Assembly: GCA_963668175.1 (NCBI GenBank)
Contig: OY764159.1
Location: forward strand, 896,001 to 960,000
Direction of reading: 5' to 3'
Source: Syntrophales bacterium
Lineage (GTDB): Bacteria > Desulfobacterota > Syntrophia > Syntrophales > PHBD01
DNA length: 64,000 nt
The position numbers and the translations under genes are program-made. How positions within the stretch are numbered: the first letter of the stretch is position 1; each line of letters begins with the position of its first letter. The notes beneath the pieces were generated by a model. That model had not been told where the DNA came from and did no database searches. It saw nothing but the letters and a program-made list of their open reading frames with translations. Positions 1 to 9,020 of this stretch are shown here, piece by piece.

Positions 1-137
1 ACACTATCGAAGTCATGGAAAATTAGCCGCACGCTATTGATTTTTCATCCTGCCGTTATTACCTTAATCATCAAAGTCGGTTATTGTCGCGTGGAGCGTT
101 AAACCATGGACAAGGGCAGTCTAAATGGAGAGAAATT

Positions 138-899
138 ATGTTGATGATCGAAGATTTACAGGTGAAAATCGGCGGAAAAGAGATCCTGAAGCATATCGAT
201 CTCGAGATCAAGGAAGGAGAGACGCACATCCTCTTCGGGCCGAACGGTTCGGGAAAAACCTCGCTTCTGATGACTATTATGGGCTATCCGCAGTACGAAG
301 TAACGGCGGGAAGAATCGTTTTTAAGGGGCACGATATCACCCATATGCCTGTTTACGAGCGCGTCCGGCTGGGTATCGGGATGTCGTTTCAGCGCCCACC
401 GACGATCCACGGACTTAAAACGCGCCAGATGGTGCAGATATGTGCCGGAAACGGGAAAAATGCCGACGTGGAGGCCATGGCGGAGAAGGTCAATTTTTCG
501 GCTTTTCTGGACCGCGATATCAACGCCGGCTTCTCCGGCGGGGAGATCAAGCGCTCCGAACTTCTTCAATTGATGGCCCAAAACCCGGACCTGCTGCTTT
601 TTGACGAGCCTGAATCGGGCGTCGATCTGGAAAACATCGTTCTTGTGGGCAATATGATCAGCCACCTCCTGCAGAGGGATTTTACGAAGGCCCTCGATAA
701 GAGCCAGAAGCAGCTTCACCAGGAAAGGAGCAAAATGGGGCTCATCATCACCCATACGGGCTTCATCCTGGATTACCTGACAGCCGATAAAGGACAGGTT
801 CTCTACGAAGGCGTCATGAGCTGTAAGAGCAATCCCCATGAAATCTTTCAATGTATCAAGAAAGCCGGATACGAGGAGTGTATACGATGTACGACTTAG
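138..899 (+). CDS. sufC: SufC-like ABC ATPase of Fe-S assembly (SmsC type)
   Basis: Walker A GPNGSGKT, signature FSGGEIKR, Walker B LLLFDEPESG, C-terminal C...CxxC; ATG at 138 after GGAG; overlaps a sufB-like gene. Confidence 0.88.
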   Translation: MLMIEDLQVKIGGKEILKHIDLEIKEGETHILFGPNGSGKTSLLMTIMGYPQYEVTAGRIVFKGHDITHMPVYERVRLGIGMSFQRPPTIHGLKTRQMVQICAGNGKNADVEAMAEKVNFSAFLDRDINAGFSGGEIKRSELLQLMAQNPDLLLFDEPESGVDLENIVLVGNMISHLLQRDFTKALDKSQKQLHQERSKMGLIITHTGFILDYLTADKGQVLYEGVMSCKSNPHEIFQCIKKAGYEECIRCTT

Positions 900-2098
900 A
901 CGAAAAAGCTGCCGCAGCCAAGGAGAAAAAGGCCGCGCTGGGACCGGATATCGATTTGTCCAGCTTTACGGCTGAACCTGTTCAGCACGAGTATCTCCAG
1001 GACTTGACCAAGCTCTCAAAAAAAGACAAGCAACGGATCATCGAAGCAGGCGTCGATGCCGGGGAAAAAGGACGGTCCGGCACTTATCTGCAGAAGGACA
1101 CCGCCGTCATCCATTCCCGTTCGAAGCAGGAAGGCCTTGAAGTCCTGCCGATCAAAAAGGCCCTAAAGGAGGTTGACTGGGTTAAAGACTATTACTGGAA
1201 GCTTGCGGCTGTCGATGCCGACAAGTATACGTCCAAGGCCCAGCTAGAACTGCACGACGGCTACGTGATCCGGGCACTGCCGGGAAGCAAAGTGATCTAT
1301 CCCGTCCAGGCCTGCCTCTATATTGACAAGGAGAACCTGAGCCAGTACGTCCACAACCTGATCATCGTGGAAGAAGGGGCCGAACTGCACGTCATCACCG
1401 GCTGTACTGCGGCGTCCCATCTTAAAAGGGGCCTGCATGTAGGGATATCCGAGTTTTTCGTCAAGAAGAATGCCAAGCTCAGTTTCACCATGATCCATAA
1501 CTGGGCGGAAGAGATGATGGTTCGGCCGAGGTCCGTCGGGGTCGTCGAGGAGGGCGGCCTGTTTCTGAACAACTATATCTGCATGAAGCCGGTTAAGTCG
1601 CTCCAGATGTATCCCACGACGTATCTCACGGGAAAAGGGGCTGTTGCGCGATTTTACAGCCTGCTGGTGGGAAGCCCCGGCTCCGAAATGGATGTCGGCG
1701 GACGCATCTTTCTCAAGGAAGAGGACACCCGGGCGGAGATCGTGGCCCGCGCCATCAGCAACGGCGGCAGGATTATTTCCCGGGGCGATCTGATAGGCGA
1801 GAAGCCGGGCGTCAAGGCCCATCTGGAATGCCGCGGGCTTCTCCTGAACGGTGGCCTGATCCATGCCATTCCCGAGCTTCAGGGCCAGGTGGACGGCGTC
1901 GAGATGTCCCACGAGGCCGCCGTCGGCAAGATCGCCCAGGAGGAGATTCTATACCTCATGTCCCGCGGTTTGACGGAGGACGAGGCCACATCGACGATTG
2001 TCAGGGGATTCCTCAGCGTTGATATTCCGGGCCTGCCGCCGCAGTTGAAGGCGGAAATAGAGCGGGCCGTGGAATTGAGTGAAAAAGAACTGATGTGA
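887..2098 (+). CDS. sufB: SufB/SufD-family Fe-S scaffold protein (SmsB type)
   Basis: SufBD beta-helix motifs (HNLIIVEEGA, HLECRGL, IPEL, SHEAAVGKI, YLMSRGL); GAGGAG RBS before ATG 887. Confidence 0.88.
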   Translation: MYDLDEKAAAAKEKKAALGPDIDLSSFTAEPVQHEYLQDLTKLSKKDKQRIIEAGVDAGEKGRSGTYLQKDTAVIHSRSKQEGLEVLPIKKALKEVDWVKDYYWKLAAVDADKYTSKAQLELHDGYVIRALPGSKVIYPVQACLYIDKENLSQYVHNLIIVEEGAELHVITGCTAASHLKRGLHVGISEFFVKKNAKLSFTMIHNWAEEMMVRPRSVGVVEEGGLFLNNYICMKPVKSLQMYPTTYLTGKGAVARFYSLLVGSPGSEMDVGGRIFLKEEDTRAEIVARAISNGGRIISRGDLIGEKPGVKAHLECRGLLLNGGLIHAIPELQGQVDGVEMSHEAAVGKIAQEEILYLMSRGLTEDEATSTIVRGFLSVDIPGLPPQLKAEIERAVELSEKELM

Positions 2099-2215
2099 TG
2101 AGTCCATAGGACGGAAATCGCACTTCCTCAATCGATACGGTCCGGATGGAATGGTCATGGTCCGCGAATCCTGATGGAATCAGGGTTGGACCGGCGCATT
2201 TTGTCGAAAAACTCC

Positions 2216-2244
2216 TTGACAAAAGGCAGTACCGGTGCTTTAAG
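2216..2244 (+). promoter_or_regulatory. Possible sigma70 promoter for tRNA-fMet
   Basis: TTGACA at 2216-2221; weak -10 (TTTAAG) 17 nt downstream; about 35 nt upstream of the tRNA. Confidence 0.3.
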
Positions 2245-2277
2245 GAGCATTCGGTTTTGCCTAGGCAAGGCCGGTGC

Positions 2278-2354
<77 letters not shown>

Positions 2355-2363
2355 AGAAATTAC

Positions 2364-2397
2364 AAGGGGTTAGCTGAAACGGCTAATCCCTTTTTTG
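2364..2397 (+). terminator. Rho-independent terminator after tRNA-fMet
   Basis: GGGGTTAGC-loop-GCTAATCCC hairpin followed by T7. Confidence 0.8.
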
Positions 2398-3122
2398 CAT
2401 TTTCAGGGGGATTTTCCAACGGATTTCTAACGGAATGAAAAGTATCTTACGGATGCCGGCCGGTTATGGGGATTGGCATCGATAGTACAGGCAGTTTTTA
2501 ACCGGCCTCCCAAAAACTGAATCGTTTTCGGAAGACCGGCAAGTCTATCTTTTATTTCTGCTTAATAAGCCGGTTCCGCCGCGGACAATATCCCCGCCAG
2601 TAGCGGCGATCCGCCGACAGCCAGGGCTTCTTCCTCGTCGATGGCCACCTTCCTGATCCTGATCTGCTCGATTTTCCGTATCAATGCATCAACAGAAGCA
2701 ATCGTGTCTGGAGTGTATTTTGTCAGAGATTTATCAAGACTGTGACTTTGCCGGATGTCTTCGTTTTCGAGGATACGTGCTTCACAGCGCTGCATTCTCC
2801 ATGGGTGGCGGTTCCATATGTTAAATTTTTTACCATGCGGAAAAGTGAAGTCAAGGAAATGTTCCGCATGTTTAATATCGTGTTCCAATATACAGAAGAA
2901 GCGGCTGCTGCCGGCCGATGCTGTGTTACGAATCATCACCCGATTAAAGAACAGGGTGTGATCTTCAATGGAGTATCGACACTTTGATGGTTGATATCTC
3001 CCTCAATTTGCTTTACATATTTACGGGAGCTTCAAGAAGTCTGTCGCTTATGGATAAGATTGAGGCTTCCCGCGTAATGATTTGGAAGTCATTAGCAGGT
3101 TTACGGACGAAAGGAGATTAAG

Positions 3123-4619
3123 ATGTCTGAGGCAGAGGTAAATCAAGGGGTAACCAGACGGGGCTTTATCAAGGCCGGGGCCGTCGGCGCCAGTGCGTTG
3201 GCTCTGGGGCTGGGTGCAGGCGAGGCGAAAGCCCAGGAGGCCGTCCCCAAAAAGTGGGACCGGACCGTCGACGTCGTCGTCGTAGGAGCAGGCGGTGCCG
3301 GATTGGCCGCCGCGGTCACCGCCAGGGAGAAAGGTGCGGACGTTCTCGTCCTGGAGAAAATGGCCGTCATCGGCGGCAACACAATCATTTCCGGCGGTTT
3401 CCTCAATGCAGCCGATCCCAAGAGGCAGGGCAAGCTGAATATTCAGGATTCTGCGGAAAACCATTTCAAACAGACCATCGCGGCGGGGGATTATCGCGCC
3501 GATGCGGAAAAGGTGAAGATACTGACGGCAAACGCCAACGATGCCGTCCAGTGGCTGGAGAGCCTGGGGATGAAGTTTGACGATAAGGTCATTCAGATTT
3601 ACGGCGCCCTCTATCCGCGGTCCCATATTCCCGTCGATCCGAAAGGGACGGGCTACATCAAGACCCTGAAGGCCGCCGCCGATCAACGGGGCGTCAAGAC
3701 CCTTACGGAGGTAAAAGTCGACAGCATCATCAGGGAAAAACAGTTGAGCGGCCGCGTCCTCGGCGTCAAGGTGTTCGACAAGAGGAAAAAGGCACTCTAT
3801 ATCAGGGCCAGGAAAGCGGTTGTTCTCGCTTCCGGCGGGTTTGGAGCCAACAAGGAATTACGGGCCCTGCACGATCCCCGCATGAAGGACCTCACGACAA
3901 CGAACCATCCGGGGGCCACGGGGGAGGTCATCCTGGCCGCCATGAATATCGGTGGATACCCCATCGGCATGGATTACATCCAGTGCAATCCCGGGGCCCC
4001 TCCCGGAAGGGACCTCCGGATAACCCTGCATCTGGATGTATCGGGGTTTATCTTTGTCGACAAGAGAGGGAAGCGATTTGTTGCGGAGGACGAGAGGCGG
4101 GACGTGCTCCGTGAGGCCATCCTCAACCTGCCGGAAAAATACGGCTTTACCGTTCTCGATGATCAGGTCTTTCAGGGTTACGACAGGATTACGCGAGATA
4201 CGACTATGGCCGGCATCAAGGAAGGGGACGCCTGGACAGCCAATACCCTTGAAGAACTCGCCGGGAAAATGGGTGTTCCCGCCGACGCATTCGTCGCCAC
4301 CGTTAAACGTTACAACGACGTTATCGTAGCCGGCAAGTCGGACCCGGACTTTAATAAAAACCCGCGGAACCTGACCAAGAAGATTGAGAAAGCTCCCTTC
4401 TGGGCCTGTTATGCCGGTATGGCGGTCCACCACACCATGGGCGGCCTGAATATCAGCACCAAAGCGGAAGTGCTGGACCATGACCGCAAGCCGATCCCCG
4501 GCCTTTATGCAGCCGGGGAAGTGACAGGCGGTATCCACGGCACCAACCGTGTCGGCGGAAACGCCATTGCCGATATCTTCGTTTTCGGCCGCATCGCCGG
4601 CGCCAACGCAGCCGGTTAA
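3123..4619 (+). CDS. Tat-exported FAD-dependent reductase, flavocytochrome c/fumarate-reductase flavoprotein family
   Basis: TRRGFIK Tat motif with AKA cleavage site; VVVVGAGGAG FAD motif; HHTMGG and GGIHGTNRVGGN motifs; no CxxCH heme motifs. Confidence 0.88.
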   Translation: MSEAEVNQGVTRRGFIKAGAVGASALALGLGAGEAKAQEAVPKKWDRTVDVVVVGAGGAGLAAAVTAREKGADVLVLEKMAVIGGNTIISGGFLNAADPKRQGKLNIQDSAENHFKQTIAAGDYRADAEKVKILTANANDAVQWLESLGMKFDDKVIQIYGALYPRSHIPVDPKGTGYIKTLKAAADQRGVKTLTEVKVDSIIREKQLSGRVLGVKVFDKRKKALYIRARKAVVLASGGFGANKELRALHDPRMKDLTTTNHPGATGEVILAAMNIGGYPIGMDYIQCNPGAPPGRDLRITLHLDVSGFIFVDKRGKRFVAEDERRDVLREAILNLPEKYGFTVLDDQVFQGYDRITRDTTMAGIKEGDAWTANTLEELAGKMGVPADAFVATVKRYNDVIVAGKSDPDFNKNPRNLTKKIEKAPFWACYAGMAVHHTMGGLNISTKAEVLDHDRKPIPGLYAAGEVTGGIHGTNRVGGNAIADIFVFGRIAGANAAG

Positions 4620-4647
4620 TCCGGGCGGCATACGTGCTTCGACATGG

Positions 4648-4684
4648 AAAGGCAGGGCCAGCATGGTCCTGCCTTTTTCTTTTG
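4648..4684 (+). terminator. Rho-independent terminator
   Basis: AAAGGCAGGGCCA-gca-TGGTCCTGCCTTT hairpin followed by T-rich tract. Confidence 0.75.
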
Positions 4685-4781
4685 TCTGCATTCGATGTTT
4701 TGTAAGCGATTCCGGGTGATGACGATAGAGGATCTCTCTTAATATTACTCCAGTCGGAAAAAACATGCTATACTGTACACT

Positions 4782-5084
4782 ATGAATATCATCGGCATTA
4801 AATATTGCGGCGGCTGCAATCCTGTCATCGACCGGCAAAGGCTGGTGCAGGTGCTGGAGAAGATGTTGCCTCCCGGCTTCAAATTGGCGACTAACGAGCC
4901 GCCGCAAGACTGGTCCATGGGCGTTTCCCTGTGCGGATGCCCGACGGCGTGCGCGGAGATTACAACCGCCGGGAGCCCGATCGGTAAGTGGATCTGCATC
5001 GGCGGAGAAACGATCGATCTTGTGTCCGTCCGTGAGGAGGAGATGGCAGGCAAGGTCGTCGAAAAGATTAAAGCTCAGCTATAG
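4782..5084 (+). CDS. Small Cys-rich hypothetical protein (CGGCNP...CGCxxAC)
   Basis: 100-aa ORF with clustered Cys, co-oriented with neighbours. Confidence 0.7.
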   Translation: MNIIGIKYCGGCNPVIDRQRLVQVLEKMLPPGFKLATNEPPQDWSMGVSLCGCPTACAEITTAGSPIGKWICIGGETIDLVSVREEEMAGKVVEKIKAQL

Positions 5085-5132
5085 CAAGGGATTGATGTTG
5101 AATCTATATCTTACATAAAGGGGGCGGAGGCG

Positions 5133-5732
5133 ATGGCGAAGAAAATAACGGAAGGCAAGAAGCCGGGAAGAAAAGTGATCATTCTTTTGGGGAGTCCGCG
5201 GAAGCGGGGAAACAGTACGATATTGGCGGAGCGGATTGCCAAGGGGGCTAAAGCCGCGGGAGGCCGTATCGAAACATTTTACCTCCACGGCATGGAGATC
5301 GCCCCCTGTAAATCATGCTACGTCTGCAAGAAGCCCGGAAGCAAGGGGTGCTCGATCCAGGACGACATGCAGATGCTCTACCGGAAGATGCTGGAAGCGG
5401 AAGCCTGGGTAATCGCCAGTCCGGTTTACTGGTTCAACATGTCGGCCCAAATCAAGATCTGGATGGATCGCTGTTTTGCCTTGTCCGCTTACGGATTGGA
5501 TTCATTTGAAGGCAAGCGTATCGCCATCGCGATGGCCTATGGCGGCGACGACCCGTTTGACTCGGGCTGCGTCAATGCGCTGCGGACCTTTCAGGATGCC
5601 TATGCCTATACAAAGGCTGAAATAGTCGGCATGGTGTACGGCAGCGCCATGAACGCCGGTGAGATTAAAATCAACCGGGACCTGCTTCACGAAGCCGAAG
5701 AACTCGGATACCGTTTGGCGGCCGGTGACTGA
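5133..5732 (+). CDS. Iron-sulfur flavoprotein / NADPH-dependent FMN reductase family
   Basis: GSPRKRGNST FMN-binding loop, CxxCxxC-x7-C cluster motif, SPVYWFN; GGAGG RBS. Confidence 0.88.
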   Translation: MAKKITEGKKPGRKVIILLGSPRKRGNSTILAERIAKGAKAAGGRIETFYLHGMEIAPCKSCYVCKKPGSKGCSIQDDMQMLYRKMLEAEAWVIASPVYWFNMSAQIKIWMDRCFALSAYGLDSFEGKRIAIAMAYGGDDPFDSGCVNALRTFQDAYAYTKAEIVGMVYGSAMNAGEIKINRDLLHEAEELGYRLAAGD

Positions 5733-5775
5733 ACGAAACGTCGCCGCGTCTTGAAAGACAGGGGAGTGAGCAAGT

Positions 5776-6693
5776 ATGCCGTCCGATATTAAGAAAGTTG
5801 CCGTGGTCGGGGCGGGCGCCCTGGGGGCGGCCTATGGAGGGCTGTTGTTCGATGCGGACAGGCAGGGCGTCGCCTTTGTCGCTGCCGGAGGGAGGCTTGA
5901 GCGTCTCCGCCGGGAAAGCCTGGTCGTCAACGACAGGAAGTACGAGATTCCGGTTCTGGGTTCCGACGATCCCTCGCCGCCGGCCGATCTTGTTCTTGTC
6001 GCCGTGAAGTATCACGATCTCGACGATGCCATCAGGGACATGAAGGGGAGGATCGGCAAGGAAACCGTCATCATGTCGGTCATGAACGGCATCGACAGCG
6101 AAGAGCGCATAGGCGCTGCATACGGAATGGAACATATGTTGTATGCCGTATCGGTCGGCATCGATGCCTTGCGGGTTGGAAACCGCGTTACATATACGAA
6201 CCAGGGGAAAATCTATTTTGGAGAAGCGGCCAATCCGCATGTCAGCGAGCGAGTCCGGAAGGTTCAGGCCCTGTTCGATAAAGCGGGGATCGTCTATGAA
6301 ACGCCCGCCGATATGCTGCATGTCCTCTGGTGGAAATACATGATCAACGTGGGCATCAATCAGGCTTCGGCCGTGCTGCGTGCCCCTTACGGCGTCTTTC
6401 AGACCTCGAAGGATGCCCGGGAACTGATGGCGGCCGCCATGAGAGAGGTCGTTGCTCTGGCGGAGAAGCTCCATATCGCGCTTTCGGAACAGGATATGGC
6501 CGATTTCGATCCGTTCCTTATGCGTCTGAGTCCTCAAGGCAAGACGTCGATGCTTCAGGACGTGGAGGCCGGCAGAAAAACGGAAGTGGAGATGTTGGCC
6601 GGCAAGGTCATCGACATGGGCCGGCGTATGGGTGTTTCGACCCCGGTCAACCAAATGCTGTACGATCAAATCAAGAAAATTGAAATGTCTTGA
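5776..6693 (+). CDS. panE: Ketopantoate reductase family (2-dehydropantoate 2-reductase)
   Basis: GAGALG Rossmann motif, VK, NG, WxKxxxN, SMLQD-x5-TEVE motifs. Confidence 0.85.
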   Translation: MPSDIKKVAVVGAGALGAAYGGLLFDADRQGVAFVAAGGRLERLRRESLVVNDRKYEIPVLGSDDPSPPADLVLVAVKYHDLDDAIRDMKGRIGKETVIMSVMNGIDSEERIGAAYGMEHMLYAVSVGIDALRVGNRVTYTNQGKIYFGEAANPHVSERVRKVQALFDKAGIVYETPADMLHVLWWKYMINVGINQASAVLRAPYGVFQTSKDARELMAAAMREVVALAEKLHIALSEQDMADFDPFLMRLSPQGKTSMLQDVEAGRKTEVEMLAGKVIDMGRRMGVSTPVNQMLYDQIKKIEMS

Positions 6694-6998
6694 ACGGAAA
6701 CCTCTCGAGATCAATCCGGCAGCCCGGCCCTCCGGGAGAGGGTCGCGGTGTTTCCAGGTACACCCCCGTTTCCTTTGCCGTATCCTTGCCTGAGGAACGT
6801 CGTCCGTTGAAACAGGAGGTGCTGCGAAGCAGTGATTCATCCAGTAACGCTTCGATATGCTCCGCCGGGTAAGAAGCCGACGGGTGAGGGCAGGCATATT
6901 CTAAAGTCCGAAGGGGGAAACGCATTTTTTTTAACAACCGATTGTTGGGGCGGAGATTCACGCTTGGCCCGCGCAAGAAATAACGGATGGAGGCGACA

Positions 6999-9014
6999 AT
7001 GAGCGAGGAAACATCGGTAAAAGGGGATTTCGTTCACCCGGTATTTGCCCTGATTCCGACACTGCAACTGAAGAAGGGGAAGATCGTTTCTGCGGAAGAG
7101 GCGGTGCGTATCATCAGGGACGGGGATACGGTGGCGACGGAGGGTTTTGTGGGAACCGCCTTTGCCGAGGAGATCGCCATGGCTCTGGAAGACTATTTCC
7201 TTAAGACCGGTTCTCCCCGGAACCTCACCATCGTCTATGCGGCGGGACAGGGGGACAGCAAAGAAAAGGGCCTGAATCACCTGGCTCATGAGGGATTGGT
7301 CGGCAGGGTCGTCGGCGGCCATATCGGTCTGGCCCCCAAGCTACAGACATTGATCCGGGAAAACAAGATTCTGGCCTACAATTGGCCGCAGGGCGTCATC
7401 TCCCATTTTTTCCGGGATGTCGCCGCCCGTCGCCCCGGCGTCATTTCCCGGGTCGGCCTGGGAACTTTTATCGATCCGCGGCATGACGGCGGTAAATTGA
7501 ACGAGAAGACCTTCAGGGAAGGGGAGGATCTCGTCAAACTCATGTCCATCGATGGGCAGGAATACCTCTTCTACAAGGCTTTTCCCATCAATGTCGCCAT
7601 CATCAGGGGGACGACGGCGGATACGGACGGCAATATCACGATGGAAAGAGAGGCCCTCACGATAGAATCGCTGGCCATGGCCATGGCGGCCAAGAACAGC
7701 GGCGGCTTTGTCATGGTCCAGGTCGAACGCATTGCGGAACGGGGGACGCTGAACTGCCGGGACGTGAAGATCCCGGGCGTCATGGTGGACTGCGTCGTCG
7801 TAGCCAAGCCGGTCAACCATTGGCAGACTTTTACAGTACAATACGACCCGTCCTTCAGCGGCGAGACGAAAGTGCCCATGACCTTTATTCCCCCGATGGA
7901 CATGGGGATGCGAAAGATCATCGCCCGGAGGGCCGCCTTCGAGCTCAGCCCCAACAGCGTTGTGAACCTGGGTATCGGCATGCCCGAGGGCGTGGCCAAC
8001 GTCGCCAATGAGGAAAAGGTGATCGAGTATCTGACGTTGACGACGGAGCCTGGCACGATCGGCGGCATGCCCAACGGGGGCCCGAATTTCGGGACGGCAA
8101 CAAATATGGAATGCCTGATCGACCAGCCTTACCAGTTCGATTTCTATGACGGCGGCGGACTGGATGCGGCCTTTCTCGGCTCGGCGGAGGTCGACGCCGA
8201 AGGCAACGTCAACGTCAGCAAGTTCGGGCCCAGGTTTGTCGGCCCCGGGGGATTCATCAATATCAGCCAGAATGCCAAGAAGGTCGTATTCATGGGAAGC
8301 TTCACGGCCGGGGGATTGAAGGTATCGACGCGGGACGGTAAACTGATCATCGACCAGGAGGGCCGGGAGAAGAAGTTCGTCAAGCAGGTCGAACAGAAGA
8401 CGTTCAGCGGTTACTATGCAGCACTGGATAAGAAGACCGTCTATTACGTAACGGAGCGCTGCGTCTTTTCGCTGACGGAGAAGGGCATGGAGTTGACCGA
8501 GATTGCCCCGGGCATGGACCTGGAAAAGGATATCCTTGCCCAGATGGAGTTTGAACCGATTGTGAACGGTTCTCCCAAATTGATGGACTCCAGGATCTTC
8601 TCGCCCGGTCTCATGGGGCTCAAAAATGAACTGCTCAGCATCCCGCTGGAGCATCGCCTGATCTACAATGCGGAGGAGAACAGCTTCTTTGTCAATTTCG
8701 AAAATCTGTATATCCGTTCCAGCCGCGAGATTCAGAAGATCAAGACCTTGATTGAGACGATGCTGTCGCCCCTCGGCAAAAAGGTCTATACGATCGTCAA
8801 CTACGACAACTTCAACATCCTGCCGGAACTGATGACTGAATATACCGACATGGTGAAGTACGTCATGCGGTTTTATGAGAGCACGACGCGTTACACGACA
8901 AGCGCCTTCCTGCGCATGAAACTGGGGGACGAATTGCAGAAGCGCGACCTTGCTCCCCATATTTACGAAACGAAGGAAGAGGCGCAGATATTCCTTCGCG
9001 AACAACAGGAATAA
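6999..9014 (+). CDS. Family I acyl-CoA:acetate CoA-transferase (propionate CoA-transferase/YdiF-like, fused) with C-terminal extra domain
   Basis: VGLGTFIDPR, NLGIGMPE, catalytic Glu (TTEPG), FDFYDGGGLD, GGFINISQ, YVTERCVF; GGAGG RBS before ATG 6999. Confidence 0.9.
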   Translation: MSEETSVKGDFVHPVFALIPTLQLKKGKIVSAEEAVRIIRDGDTVATEGFVGTAFAEEIAMALEDYFLKTGSPRNLTIVYAAGQGDSKEKGLNHLAHEGLVGRVVGGHIGLAPKLQTLIRENKILAYNWPQGVISHFFRDVAARRPGVISRVGLGTFIDPRHDGGKLNEKTFREGEDLVKLMSIDGQEYLFYKAFPINVAIIRGTTADTDGNITMEREALTIESLAMAMAAKNSGGFVMVQVERIAERGTLNCRDVKIPGVMVDCVVVAKPVNHWQTFTVQYDPSFSGETKVPMTFIPPMDMGMRKIIARRAAFELSPNSVVNLGIGMPEGVANVANEEKVIEYLTLTTEPGTIGGMPNGGPNFGTATNMECLIDQPYQFDFYDGGGLDAAFLGSAEVDAEGNVNVSKFGPRFVGPGGFINISQNAKKVVFMGSFTAGGLKVSTRDGKLIIDQEGREKKFVKQVEQKTFSGYYAALDKKTVYYVTERCVFSLTEKGMELTEIAPGMDLEKDILAQMEFEPIVNGSPKLMDSRIFSPGLMGLKNELLSIPLEHRLIYNAEENSFFVNFENLYIRSSREIQKIKTLIETMLSPLGKKVYTIVNYDNFNILPELMTEYTDMVKYVMRFYESTTRYTTSAFLRMKLGDELQKRDLAPHIYETKEEAQIFLREQQE

Positions 9015-9020
9015 CGCCCT

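Noticed and set aside
2562..2987. Short ORFs in the AT-richer gap after the tRNA
   Set aside because: No recognisable motifs, and conflicting frames on both strands; a small protein on the minus strand cannot be excluded
6694..6990. Several hairpins upstream of the CoA-transferase, possible riboswitch
   Set aside because: Stems exist (CGGCCCTC/GAGGGTCG, CGAAGC/GCTTCG) but match no aptamer consensus I know and are expected at this GC content
7341..9005. 554-aa antisense ORF
   Set aside because: Shadow of the CoA-transferase caused by GC-rich codon bias
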